Program-made: the position numbers and the translations under genes
Shown here: positions 41,210 to 52,060 of the stretch, one piece after another
Layout: the number at the start of each line of letters is the position of its first letter
Position numbering within the stretch: position 1 is the stretch's first letter
The notes under the pieces: model-generated
Told to the model about the DNA's origin: nothing
Databases searched by the model: none
What the model saw: only the letters and a program-made list of their open reading frames with translations
NCBI GenBank assembly: GCA_000165345.1
Contig: CM000430.1
Span: 160,001-224,000, forward strand
Length of the DNA: 64,000 bases
Direction: 5' to 3'

Positions 41210-43054
41210 TTAGTCCATGTCATCGTTTTGAGAACGGGGCTTTGGACCTCCTGCAGGCTTTGCCATAATGATTTCATCTATTTTAAGAATAGTAACAGCT
41301 GAGTCTGTTGCTAATTTTAAAGCAGAACAAAGAGTGCCCAAATGATCGACAATCAATCCTACTCCCTGCTCATTATTTGAGATACAGTCAATAATTGGAG
41401 AAGTTCCAGAACCACAGAAAACATTTATTCCTTTATGTGGTTGAGAACCTTGTTGATGTATTGCATGTAGTGATGCCAGAAGATCGGTGGAGTTTAGTCC
41501 AGAATTCTCAGCCAATAGTCTTGGGAAAACGTCTAAAGCTTCAGCAAACATATTTACTGCGTACTCCTCCATTCCAGGAACAGGTACATCTACAGAATTT
41601 TGTTGGTATTTGTTTTCAGACTTATCATATGCTCTCAAGCATTTAGAAAGCTCAACAAATGTAGCCCCAGCGCCAGCAACAAATCGATTATCTTTTGTAG
41701 ATGATTTAACAACAGAGACAGAATTCGCAATAGCCCTTTCCATTTCATCCAAAATTCCCTGAGTAGCACCTCTAAGAATAACTGAGCTTACTTTGGTATT
41801 AAGAGCATTAATCACAGTGACCTTCTTCGATCCAATTTCCTCAACCCTGATAGAACTAGCCTTTCCTATTTCTTCTGGAAGAGGAACTCCCAATCTAACC
41901 ATTGCAACAGCTCCAATACTTCGGCAAATGCGCCTCAGTTCCCATTTAGATGTAATTCTTAGAGTTAATATATCGTACTTGTTGCAAAAGTGTTGTGCAA
42001 TATCAGAAATTGGACCGCCTGCGATAATAGCATCGATCTTACCGGTTTGTTTAATATCTTTAATCAAGTTTTCAACCAGAGATTCCTCACCTCTAGTAAA
42101 ATCCAAAAGCTCTTGAGCATTATTTAAAACAACTGTACCTTTCGCCTCTGTTCCAGTCATCTCTAGTCCACATCCTAAAACCATAACATTTGAGACCTTT
42201 TCCAATTTTCTTATTGTACCTCCAGGCTCTCTATTAACCATCATACCATTTATTGTAAATGATTGCATTGGGGATCCTCCCAAAAGCTTAACAATTCTTA
42301 CATTGTCTATATTGAATTCTTTTAATTTATCTTCATCTGGCATTATGCTTGTAATGGCTTCACATGTCAATCTCGTAATTAAATCAGAATATCCTATATT
42401 CTTTGTTGAAACCAAAGGCCTTACAATTCCAGATAAGTCACTAACATTCTTAAAATTAGCAACTCTATGTGCTACCATTCCATTTAGTAAAGATAATGAT
42501 CTTTCTAAGGCTATTTCATATCCTGCTACAATATCTGAAGGATGTAAACCATTATCATTAAGTAGCTTTGCAGCATTTCTTAATAATTCTCCTGCAAATA
42601 TCAAAACTGTATTGCTCGCATCACCGTACTCTTCAGCCTGCCTCTTACATGCCATTACTACCATATTTGCTGCTGGATGCTGGATATCAAGTTCTTCTAT
42701 AATTGTTGACAAGTCACTAGTGATGAACTGTTTTCCAAGATGATTCACAATTAACTTATTCATGCTATTTGGACCATATGATGTTTGAGTCATCTCACTT
42801 AAATTTACGCAAGCCTCAATATTCCTCAATACGGCCTCATCCAGGCCGGAAAATGCCCTGCTTCCATCTTTTAATAAATTTGTAATTCCTGGTCTTAATT
42901 GGAACTAAAAACAATCAGAGGAAATTAATTAATGAAAATAATAATTAAAAAAATTGACCAATAAGTAGCTCAAGCTAAAAAGAATGAAGGCAAATGGGCC
43001 ATATCGCCATGTTCACCTTATTATTGACCAATTTTTATACTCTAAACTTACCAT
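41210..43054 (-). CDS. CCT8: T-complex protein 1 subunit theta (CCT8). The first exon holds only the ATG (43054..43052); a 147-nt intron (42905..43051) precedes exon 2 (42904..41210)
   Basis: Protein co-linear with human CCT8 throughout (NIEACVNLSEMTQTSYGPNSMNKLIVNH..., GGPKP C-tail). The track start at 42829 is TTG and the frame is open upstream to a TTTTAG acceptor (FQLRPGITNLLKDGSRAFSGLDEAVLRNIEAC, matching VPKAPGFAQMLKEGAKHFSGLEEAVYRNIQAC). The in-frame TAG is the acceptor AG. The upstream sequence AAGCAATGGTAAGTTTAG places an ATG directly on a GTAAGT donor. Confidence 0.7.
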
Positions 43055-43250
43055 TGCTTCCTATTCTTTTTTTCTTGGCCAAACAATTTTAAATTAATTG
43101 GTATAATTGACCACACAATACACCCTCTTTCTAAAAAAAAAACAAGAAAAAATGTATTTCCACTTCGCAAACTTCTTCCGGTTCCCCCCTATTTGGCTCA
43201 TTTTCAAGTATGAGACATGATGTCTTTAATGATTATTTGAAGGGCTCTAT

Positions 43251-43259
43251 GTTTCCCGC
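43251..43259. promoter_or_regulatory. E2F core TTTCCCGCC in the divergent CCT8/kinase promoter
   Basis: sequence. Confidence 0.4.
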
Positions 43260-43507
43260 CTATTCTTAAAAAATTATATTAAAAATATACTATGGGGAAA
43301 AAGTTAAGTATTGTGTGGAAAATATGTTTTCTGAGTAAAAATTTGTTGAAATAAAAAAGTGCAATATTTTGACCAAACATTGAAGTTTTGTGATAGTTAT
43401 TGAATAGCTTGGTTGAACACACAATATCGGGCATTTTTGAAGTTCTAATGGTTGATTTTGAAGTAAAATGCTAAATATATTGAAAATATAGGAAAATAAA
43501 TAAGAAA

Positions 43508-44638
43508 ATGAAATTCCCAAATACATTAGAAATTAAGGAAAAGATTTCAAAAAGAGTATTTAATGCAAAATACAAAAGCCAGGACGTTGTGCTTAAATTA
43601 TTTACACCTGACGATTTGGATGGCTGTGCCGCCCAAATAAAACATGTTTTCGATGAGTATGAAGGCACAGATTGTGATTACTTGGAAACATCATTGGATG
43701 ACAGAGTTTTATATTGTATAAATATACATTATTTAATCCAAAGAAAGCTAGGGATATCCATGACATCAGAATATTACCGCAAAGATATGCAGGAATGGGT
43801 TTTTGAAACGATTGTAGATGGTCAAAGAGATTATTTAGAATCATCTCTGTCCGAAGAAAACAGATCTAGAACTAGCAAAGATATGAAAAATTCTTTCATA
43901 CAGCTGATTCATGTTTTTGGTGTGAGATTTGATCAGAAATCTCAAGTTTTTACTTCCCAGGATCAATTTATTGGCCTCATTTTTCCTAAGTTGGGGCAGC
44001 CATTGATGAATTTTGCACAAAACCAAAGATGGGTTCCAAATCCCATTTATCTATCTTCCGTCTTTAGTGATGAATTGTCTATTGCTCATATCTTCAAGGA
44101 TGTTGTAAAATCTGCTTTATTTCTTTTAAGAGAGTTGAATATTGTCCATAAAGATATTAAGATCGAAAATATATGCACTGTATTAGACAACCCAGAATCA
44201 AATAAAATACATCCTATAATAATTGATTTTGGTGAATCTCAGATTCTAAGTAATAATGGAATGCTCAGAGACGCATATGGGACTCATACAATGCTACCTC
44301 CAGAAGCATTTACATATTCATTTTGTTCTCACAATGATGAAAATTATATGGGTTATTCTGCTGAAAAAAGAGAAGTTTGGACTCTCGGCTGTTTATTGCA
44401 TACTCTAGTTTTTGGTTATCCCCCTTATTTTGATATATTCTCAAAAAAATCTCCCATAGAATTTCAGTTGAAACTGTGTGATGAAAGCATTACTATTGAT
44501 ATTCCTACCTACTCAAGTGTGCTAAATGCAGATATCTCACACAATTTGAGAAACCTCCTTAGTAGTATACTAGTCAAAGCCCCTAATAATAGACTTTGTC
44601 TTGAAAATATTTTATTACATCCATGGCTCCAACCCTAG
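43508..44638 (+). CDS. Atypical Ser/Thr protein kinase with a degenerate glycine-rich loop
   Basis: Catalytic loop HKDIKIEN, DFGES, GTHTMLPPE (APE-like) and EVWTLGCLLHTLVFGYPPY (subdomain IX) are present. The N-terminal lobe lacks the GxGxxG loop. Confidence 0.6.
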   Translation: MKFPNTLEIKEKISKRVFNAKYKSQDVVLKLFTPDDLDGCAAQIKHVFDEYEGTDCDYLETSLDDRVLYCINIHYLIQRKLGISMTSEYYRKDMQEWVFETIVDGQRDYLESSLSEENRSRTSKDMKNSFIQLIHVFGVRFDQKSQVFTSQDQFIGLIFPKLGQPLMNFAQNQRWVPNPIYLSSVFSDELSIAHIFKDVVKSALFLLRELNIVHKDIKIENICTVLDNPESNKIHPIIIDFGESQILSNNGMLRDAYGTHTMLPPEAFTYSFCSHNDENYMGYSAEKREVWTLGCLLHTLVFGYPPYFDIFSKKSPIEFQLKLCDESITIDIPTYSSVLNADISHNLRNLLSSILVKAPNNRLCLENILLHPWLQP

Positions 44639-44814
44639 AATATATAGATTAGAGGTTGAACCATCTCCAATATCCCACAAATATTAACTAGCAATTCGCT
44701 GTTCATAATGTTTATTTTTATTCATATATAAATATCCCCCCTTTCGTATTTTCAATTTTGCATGTATTCTCGCATTTTATTTGCATGTGAATATATTTTA
44801 ATAAATAAAGATCG

Positions 44815-44829
44815 TTGGCGCCATACGTG
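44815..44829. promoter_or_regulatory. GGCGCC box (TTGGCGCCATACGTG) about 150 bp upstream of INS paralog 1
   Basis: sequence. Confidence 0.45.
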
Positions 44830-44971
44830 TCTTATAAATTAATAGGTCAAATTATTAGCAAAATGCCATTCGATAATAAAAATAGATTGGTCTATTGATA
44901 AGTACTCACAGCTGTTAATAACTACCTAAATAAATATATTTGAAGAATTAAAATTATCCCTATAAGAGAAA

Positions 44972-47900
44972 ATGATTAATAATTCACAGGAACTGGTTCA
45001 AAAAGTGGATGACATTGTACTTCCAGAATGTGAAGATAGAAAGTACAGAGCTTTAGAGCTTAAGAACGGTCTAACAGCCTTTTTAGTATCAGATAAGGAA
45101 ACTAAAACAAGTGGATGCTGCCTTACAGTCTACATTGGAGCTATGTACTCTCCTAAAAATTTAAATGGATTGGCACACTTTTTAGAGCATATGTTATTCT
45201 GTGGAACAAAAAAATATCCGAACGTGGATGAATATCAAAAATTTATTGCAAGCCATGGAGGAAAGAGGCATGGATCTACTACAAGATCAACTACAACATA
45301 TTACTTTGAAATAAAAAATAATGCTTTTAATGAAGCATTGGATAGATTTTCTTCATTCTTTACAGAACCATTGTTTTGCAAGGATATGACAGAAAAAGAG
45401 GTTTCTGCCATTGAAAATGAGTTCCATCTTAAATATCACAGTGATGAAAGAGTTAGATTCCATTTACTTGGTCAATTGTCAAACAAATCACATCCTTTGA
45501 ATTGTTTTACTACCGGGAATAAAGAAACTTTGGAATTCAAACCCAAAAAATTGGGAATCAATCTCCATTCTGAACTTTTAAAGTTCTACTCTTCCTATTA
45601 CAGCAGTAATATTATGTCAATTATTCTTTATGGAAAAGAAGATCTAGACACATTGGAAAAGTATACTATTGAATATTTTTCAAAAATTCCAAATCACCAA
45701 GTTAATTGTTTTGATTATACAAAGATTTTCATGGAAATTCCTCCTTATACAAGAGAAACTTCAATTGGAAAAATTATTAAGTTAATACCTTATGAAACTG
45801 ACAAAAGATTAAAAATCTACTTCCCACTTCCTCCTTTAGACAAATATAACGATAGTTGTGCTCCTGCTTATATTGCAAACATTATTGGACATAAAGGTGA
45901 AGGAGGAATATCATCAATATTAAGAGCTAAAAAACTTGCTACTGGTGCTTCTTTTGCTATTACTAATGAAGATCCATGTGCACTAGCTCAGTTTGGGGTT
46001 GTTCTAACTGATGAGGGGTATAATAATATTGGACAAGTATTGGAAATCATTTTCAACTTTTTAGTATTATTTAAGGCAACACCTGTTATTCCAGAACTAG
46101 TTGATGAGTTTATTGGGATTACTAGAGCAGGTTTTACTTATCAACCCAAATTCTCAATTCGTGACTTATTCTCATTACCAGCAAAGTATCTCAAATACAA
46201 ATGTAAATTTGAAGAAATCCTCTCTTCCGGTTTTGTTGTGAAAAAATTTTCACAAGATGATGTATTCTCTATTTTGGAATACTTAAGTAATGACAATTTT
46301 TTTATCTTACTATCTTCGCAAGCAATTGAGGAGGAGTATAAGAAAAATCAAGAAAACTTTATTGTTGAACATTATTATGGAACAAAATATAGTATTTCAG
46401 AACTAGATGAAGATTTGCTTTCAATAATTAATTCCTCCTCACCAGAAAAGGCTTTAAAACTTGGGTTAATTTTGCCAAAGCCGAATCAATTTGTATCAAC
46501 AGATTTCTCAATATTAAACCCACAAAAGGTTTGTGTTAATGATTACTTGAGAATTCCTGAGCTTCTAAATTTTGATGAATTGAAAGCTCAAGGTAATACC
46601 GATTCTTACAATATTCATTCACATCCTTTAAATATTTGGTTTAAACCAGATTCAACCTTTAATTCTCCTCATTCATTAATCAATATGAGATTAGTTGCTG
46701 AGAGAATTCTAGAATTTAAAGAAAACTCATCTTTTGAGAAATTGTCAAATTTTTCAAATGAATTAGTTTTCCAAGTATTTGGTGAAATCTTAAATGAAGT
46801 TATGTATAGAAGTATGCATGAGCTTTCTTCAGATATATTAGCAGCAAGTTTATCTTATACAATTAATTTCAATTCTAGAACAAATGTATTTGTTTTACAA
46901 GGATTTGGACTTTCTCACAAATTAAATTATTTGATTTCAATAATGTTCGAGAAATTATATCATGGAACAGAGGTTAGAAAATATTATGATGAAGCCATAT
47001 TAATTATAAGCAAAGATTGGAAGAATAAGATAATAAAACCAAATTTGACTTCACTTTCACTAGAATGTATCTCAGAATCTTTGTCACCTTTTTTCTTCAA
47101 TCGTCAAGAAAAATTAAATGTTTTGGAATCATTTACTTTTGAATTGTTTTGTTCTATAAGACAACACTTTTTATCAAACTGTAGACTTGAAGGGTTAATT
47201 ATGGGTAATTTTTCAGAACCAAATGCAAAGTGTATTTCAATACAACATTGGAAAAATTTGATAAATTTCCAGAATTCTGTTAAAAATGAAGTAAAATCTT
47301 GTGGAATAAAAGTAGAACAATTTTCAATTGTTAATTTAAAAAAGGATATTTATACTTTAAATTATATTCCAAATAGTTCGGACAAAAATGGATGTTGGAT
47401 GTTGAGTTTCTTCCTTGGAGAGTATAATTTGAGGAAACAAGTCCTATGTGATTTGATTTTACCGTTTGTCTCAAGTGAAGCTTTTGCTGATCTCAGAACT
47501 AATCAACAACTAGCTTATGTTGTTAGAGCTACACAGATATTTTCTTCTCCTGCAATTATTATTGGATACTATTTACAATCATCTGAGTATACTAATGCTC
47601 TAACTCTTGAGAGGCTTTTAGAGTTTCATATAAACAAAACAAAAGTGGAACTAAAAAGTAAATTGAATAAGGAAATGTTTATAAAATTGAAGGATTCCAC
47701 AATTCAAACCCTTTCATCAAATCCAAAAAGTATCTTTGATGAGTATAAGACTTATCTTCATGAGATTAATGAAAGATCATATTTATTTGATATAAGACAA
47801 AGGAAAATAGATATATTAAATAATGTACAATACAATGAATTTATTGAATTTTATGATAGTATATGGACTTCAAACTCCGTATTAACAGAAATAAGATCTC

Positions 47901-48052
47901 AAATAGATGATACTAAGAATTCTGGTGTGGGTTCTGAATATAAAGATCCATCTATTCCAGAAGGATATTTAAAATTGGAGTCAATTACTCAGATTTCAAG
48001 GAACAAAAATACACCCATGATTTCGCTGGAAGATAAACTAAAGAATTTGTAA
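44972..48052 (+). CDS. INS: Insulinase-like M16A metallopeptidase (INS family), paralog 1
   Basis: Inverted zinc-binding motif HFLEHMLFCGTKKYP and downstream ENEFH glutamate. The four-domain, about 1000 aa architecture is typical of insulysin. No signal peptide. Confidence 0.85.
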   Translation: MINNSQELVQKVDDIVLPECEDRKYRALELKNGLTAFLVSDKETKTSGCCLTVYIGAMYSPKNLNGLAHFLEHMLFCGTKKYPNVDEYQKFIASHGGKRHGSTTRSTTTYYFEIKNNAFNEALDRFSSFFTEPLFCKDMTEKEVSAIENEFHLKYHSDERVRFHLLGQLSNKSHPLNCFTTGNKETLEFKPKKLGINLHSELLKFYSSYYSSNIMSIILYGKEDLDTLEKYTIEYFSKIPNHQVNCFDYTKIFMEIPPYTRETSIGKIIKLIPYETDKRLKIYFPLPPLDKYNDSCAPAYIANIIGHKGEGGISSILRAKKLATGASFAITNEDPCALAQFGVVLTDEGYNNIGQVLEIIFNFLVLFKATPVIPELVDEFIGITRAGFTYQPKFSIRDLFSLPAKYLKYKCKFEEILSSGFVVKKFSQDDVFSILEYLSNDNFFILLSSQAIEEEYKKNQENFIVEHYYGTKYSISELDEDLLSIINSSSPEKALKLGLILPKPNQFVSTDFSILNPQKVCVNDYLRIPELLNFDELKAQGNTDSYNIHSHPLNIWFKPDSTFNSPHSLINMRLVAERILEFKENSSFEKLSNFSNELVFQVFGEILNEVMYRSMHELSSDILAASLSYTINFNSRTNVFVLQGFGLSHKLNYLISIMFEKLYHGTEVRKYYDEAILIISKDWKNKIIKPNLTSLSLECISESLSPFFFNRQEKLNVLESFTFELFCSIRQHFLSNCRLEGLIMGNFSEPNAKCISIQHWKNLINFQNSVKNEVKSCGIKVEQFSIVNLKKDIYTLNYIPNSSDKNGCWMLSFFLGEYNLRKQVLCDLILPFVSSEAFADLRTNQQLAYVVRATQIFSSPAIIIGYYLQSSEYTNALTLERLLEFHINKTKVELKSKLNKEMFIKLKDSTIQTLSSNPKSIFDEYKTYLHEINERSYLFDIRQRKIDILNNVQYNEFIEFYDSIWTSNSVLTEIRSQIDDTKNSGVGSEYKDPSIPEGYLKLESITQISRNKNTPMISLEDKLKNL

Positions 48053-48293
48053 TACATACTTTATTTGCAGGTTATAATACTGTATAATTTCTTAAAATTA
48101 ACACACTCAATAATGAGATTGCAAAAAATTAGTTCAAGACTAAGTAATTTAATTACATTATTTTAAAAAAAAGTCACATAAAAAACACAAAATAGTCAGT
48201 TTCGATTCAAAATTTGTAAATTATTTTTTTTATTTTATTTTTGTATCTGAATATTTGTTATTTCATCCGATAAAGGAAATTATTGCAATTTTG

Positions 48294-48308
48294 AAATGGC
48301 GGGAACAT
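48294..48308. promoter_or_regulatory. E2F-like AAATGGCGGGAACAT about 175 bp upstream of INS paralog 2
   Basis: sequence. Confidence 0.45.
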
Positions 48309-48477
48309 TCAAAATGTTATGTGGGTTAATAGCACAAATATCTGGGAAAAATGTCAAAAGGGGGGGTAATTTTTGTATAGAAATTAGGCATAAAGATAAA
48401 AATAAAATAATCTGAAAACCAAGAAAAGAAAAAAGAGACACGAGGAAATTATTTTTTCAGAGATTTAAATAGAATAG

Positions 48478-51400
48478 ATGACAGAAATAAAGACGAATTT
48501 AAAAGAAATTCAGAATGAAATAACGAAGCCAATTTATGATGACAACAAATATAGAGCTCTGGTATTGAAAAATAATTTGAGGGTATTATTGGTTCAGGAT
48601 GAGAATACGGATATTTCAGGAGCAAGTATGTCAGTATTTGTTGGTTGTCAGCAAGATCCTGAAGAACTGAATGGCCTTGCCCATTTTTTGGAGCATATGT
48701 TATTTTTAGGCTCAGCCAGACATCCAAACCCTAGTGATTTTGATGACTATATGAAATTGAATGGAGGGAGTTCAAATGCATTCACAGATAATTTGTCAAC
48801 ATCTTACTTTTTCGAAATAAAAAATGAGTCATTTGAGCATGCATTAGACTTATTTTCTGCTTTTTTTATATGTCCTTTATTTGATACAAAGTATGTAGAT
48901 AGGGAAGTTAATGCAGTAAACAGTGAGCATAACAAAAATTTGTTATCAGATTTATGGATAAGATATCATGTAATTTCTTCAATAGCTAGGAATGGGCATC
49001 CATTGAGAAAGTTTGGTACTGGAAGTATAGAAACATTAAAATATGAGCCAGAAAAGAAAGGAATTGATTTGATTGCAGAACTGAAGAATTTTCATAATAA
49101 ATATTATAGTTCAAATAATATGTTTCTTACTTTGGTTTCAAATTGTGATCTTGATGAGCTTGAGAGTTATGCAATAAAGTATTTTTCAGAAATAGTTGAT
49201 AAGAATATTGCTCGTGTTGATTATTTTGGTGAATTCCAAAAAGAAAGACCATATTTAAGTATTATGGAATCTCCAGAAGATGGTGCTCTTGAGTCAATGG
49301 TATATGTAATACCTAATAAAGATGAAAAAAAAGTATCTTTTAATTTTCAGATTCCTGATTTACGTAAATTTAGAAAAGGACTTCCTGAAATGTATTTTAC
49401 AAATATTTTAGGACATGAAGGGCCAGGAAGTTTGACTTCAGCTTTGAGAAGAAATGGTTGGTGTCTTGCTCTAAGCAGCGGATTAAATGAAATGTATTCC
49501 GCTAATTTGTTTGAAATAATAATAACTTTAACAGAGAAAGGTGCAAGAGAAGTTTTGAGTGTTATTGAATACACATTAAATTTTGTGAATTTGGTTATAA
49601 AGAATGAAATAGATATGGAAGTAGTTTCAGATCTTGAAAAACTTTCTCAGCTTGTCTTTGATTATAGAAATAGACCAAGTCTAGATGAAACTATAAGTAA
49701 TAATGTATTTGCTCTTGCAAATTTACCTCCTCTAAAGGAACTTCTTACTTTTGGGAATAGAGTTGAAAAAATGGATGTAGATGCAGTAAAATATCTTAAA
49801 CAATATTTTGATCCCAAGAATATGTTTATTTTACTTTCAATTCCGGAAAATAAAGCTCTTATTGAAGATGAAAGACTTAAAGATAAATTAATTTATGACA
49901 GACATTATAATATAAACTATTTGAAGTTAGAGTTTGGACCAGAAATTAAGGAAATTATCTCTAATATAAGTCTTTCTAATGCTAGCAGATTTGGACTCAA
50001 AATGCCAACAAAAAATAATTATATTCCAGAGAATTTTGACTTAATGAACACGTATGGCGGCAACATGCAGGCATTCCCCACAATTTTGGAGATTCCTGGA
50101 AATTCATTTAGTGACAGAGTGGTTGCATATTATAAGCCTGATACAAATTTTCAAACTCCACACGGTTTTTCTCAATTCTTTTTCTTCTCATCAAGTAAGG
50201 TTACATGTGAATTACTTGTTCTTGATACTTTGACATCTTTAACATTAAGTAAATTTGTTGCAGAAGAGGCTTATAATGCAACCATTGCCAATTTAGACTA
50301 TAAGATTTCGGGTGGGTACAATTTAAGAAATTCAATGAATTGTTTATCTATCACAATTTCTGGTTTTAATGATAAAATGCACACATTATTAAAGTTTTTG
50401 ATCAAATCTCTAGTTGAACTCAAAAATGATGGTAAAAAGCAACTATATAAATCATTCTTTGAAGATGCTCTGGAGGAAAGTAGACTATCAGTCAGAAACT
50501 CACTTTTTAATCCAGATATACTTGCCCATTTGACTTCGTATAATTTCAGGGAGTTTTATTCTGTTTATACTCCTTCAAAAGAGGAGATTTTATCTATATT
50601 AAGTACAACTACATACGAAAGGTTGTGTGATCATATATCAACATTTTTCTCACAGTGTTTGATAAAATCGATCACAGTTGGTAACTTAAATAAGGAACAA
50701 GCACGAGAACTTGTTGAAACTGTGACTATCAAGGAATTGTTATCGTCTGAACAACTAAATTCTAAAATGGAAAAGACTATCATTAGAAACTGCATAGATT
50801 TGGAAAAAGCAATAGAATCAGATCCTGAAATAAAATCCAATAGGATCATTCTATCTAAGTCTGTGATAAACCCAATGGATAAGAATGGTTCAGTTATATA
50901 TTCAATTGATATGGGAGAGTACAATTTAAGAAACTACGTTCTTTTGGAGCTGTTGTCAAAATATTTGGATTCAAATTGCTACTTAGAACTTCGTACAAAT
51001 CAACAATTAGGGTATATTGTGCATGCATGTAGCTATAATTTAAAGCCAGCTATTGGTATTTATGTTTGTGTTCAGTCTTCAGACTTCAGTAATTCTCATG
51101 TTATAAACCGCATTCATAATTTACTTGATGATCTTTTGGTCGTAAAATTATCGGAAAAGCTTGATGAGGATCAGTTTAACATTTTAGTGGATTCTGAAAT
51201 TAAGATTTATTCAAACAAACCAAAAAATATTAAAGAGGAAGTTGCTCAATACTTGACAGCAATCACTAATGGAGAGAGCAATTTTGATTGGAAAGACAAG
51301 TCCATTAAAATTCTTGAAAATTTAACTTATCAAGAATTCTGCTCTTTTGTTACAGATCTAATCAGTAGGCCAAGGACTATTGTACAATCTGTATCAGCCT

Positions 51401-51519
51401 TGGACGCCAGCAAAAAATGTGAAGATGTGGCTAATGATTTTGTTCCAAATGGATTTATAGTTATCAAAGATTTCAAACATTTTAGAAATACTGACGCACT
51501 ACTTAACATAACTATATAA
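48478..51519 (+). CDS. INS: Insulinase-like M16A metallopeptidase (INS family), paralog 2; a diverged tandem duplicate of the upstream gene
   Basis: HFLEHMLFLGSARHP, NSEH..N. It is co-linear with paralog 1 (YRALVLKNNLRVLLVQD vs YRALELKNGLTAFLVSD; C-terminal LRTNQQLGYIV vs LRTNQQLAYVV). Confidence 0.85.
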   Translation: MTEIKTNLKEIQNEITKPIYDDNKYRALVLKNNLRVLLVQDENTDISGASMSVFVGCQQDPEELNGLAHFLEHMLFLGSARHPNPSDFDDYMKLNGGSSNAFTDNLSTSYFFEIKNESFEHALDLFSAFFICPLFDTKYVDREVNAVNSEHNKNLLSDLWIRYHVISSIARNGHPLRKFGTGSIETLKYEPEKKGIDLIAELKNFHNKYYSSNNMFLTLVSNCDLDELESYAIKYFSEIVDKNIARVDYFGEFQKERPYLSIMESPEDGALESMVYVIPNKDEKKVSFNFQIPDLRKFRKGLPEMYFTNILGHEGPGSLTSALRRNGWCLALSSGLNEMYSANLFEIIITLTEKGAREVLSVIEYTLNFVNLVIKNEIDMEVVSDLEKLSQLVFDYRNRPSLDETISNNVFALANLPPLKELLTFGNRVEKMDVDAVKYLKQYFDPKNMFILLSIPENKALIEDERLKDKLIYDRHYNINYLKLEFGPEIKEIISNISLSNASRFGLKMPTKNNYIPENFDLMNTYGGNMQAFPTILEIPGNSFSDRVVAYYKPDTNFQTPHGFSQFFFFSSSKVTCELLVLDTLTSLTLSKFVAEEAYNATIANLDYKISGGYNLRNSMNCLSITISGFNDKMHTLLKFLIKSLVELKNDGKKQLYKSFFEDALEESRLSVRNSLFNPDILAHLTSYNFREFYSVYTPSKEEILSILSTTTYERLCDHISTFFSQCLIKSITVGNLNKEQARELVETVTIKELLSSEQLNSKMEKTIIRNCIDLEKAIESDPEIKSNRIILSKSVINPMDKNGSVIYSIDMGEYNLRNYVLLELLSKYLDSNCYLELRTNQQLGYIVHACSYNLKPAIGIYVCVQSSDFSNSHVINRIHNLLDDLLVVKLSEKLDEDQFNILVDSEIKIYSNKPKNIKEEVAQYLTAITNGESNFDWKDKSIKILENLTYQEFCSFVTDLISRPRTIVQSVSALDASKKCEDVANDFVPNGFIVIKDFKHFRNTDALLNITI

Positions 51520-51887
51520 ATAGAACATCTTTTTTTCTCGCTCTTCCTTTTTAGCTGGACAAAATTACTTATAAATCACCATGCAGACTTAAACAGACAA
51601 GTTAAATCAACATTAGAACAAAATACTGGCACTTATGAGATTTACATCATACGTATCTATTTCAGACTAATTTAAATTCAAATATCTGTATATTCACAAG
51701 TTAAGAAATTTATTTGACAAGGACTACTTATTAAGAAAAAGATAACTAGTTTAGAATCATTAGAAATGTAGATCAACAATTATATTATCTCATTGGAGAA
51801 AACAATTTTTTAAAAATTTCTTCATTTTTTTATGAATTTACTATCATTTTGACAATTTTAATTAGAATTTTTAAAGGATATTTGCAA

Positions 51888-51902
51888 TTTAGGCGGGAAG
51901 TG
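51888..51902. promoter_or_regulatory. E2F-like TTTAGGCGGGAAGTG about 165 bp upstream of the mucin-like gene
   Basis: sequence. Confidence 0.45.
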
Positions 51903-52060
51903 AAAAAACGACATAAATACTTACTATAGAGGAAACAATAATGGAGGAATAATATTAAGATAAAATAGCAAAAGTAAATCTTTTAAGTATATAATAGGTT
52001 AAAAGTAATTTTAAATACTAATTATTTGGAACATTTTGATGGGATTATCTAAGGATTACA

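Noticed and set aside
41395-42743. Four plus-strand ORFs (83-146 aa) overlapping CCT8
   Set aside because: Antisense to a highly conserved chaperonin gene, with no homology or motifs
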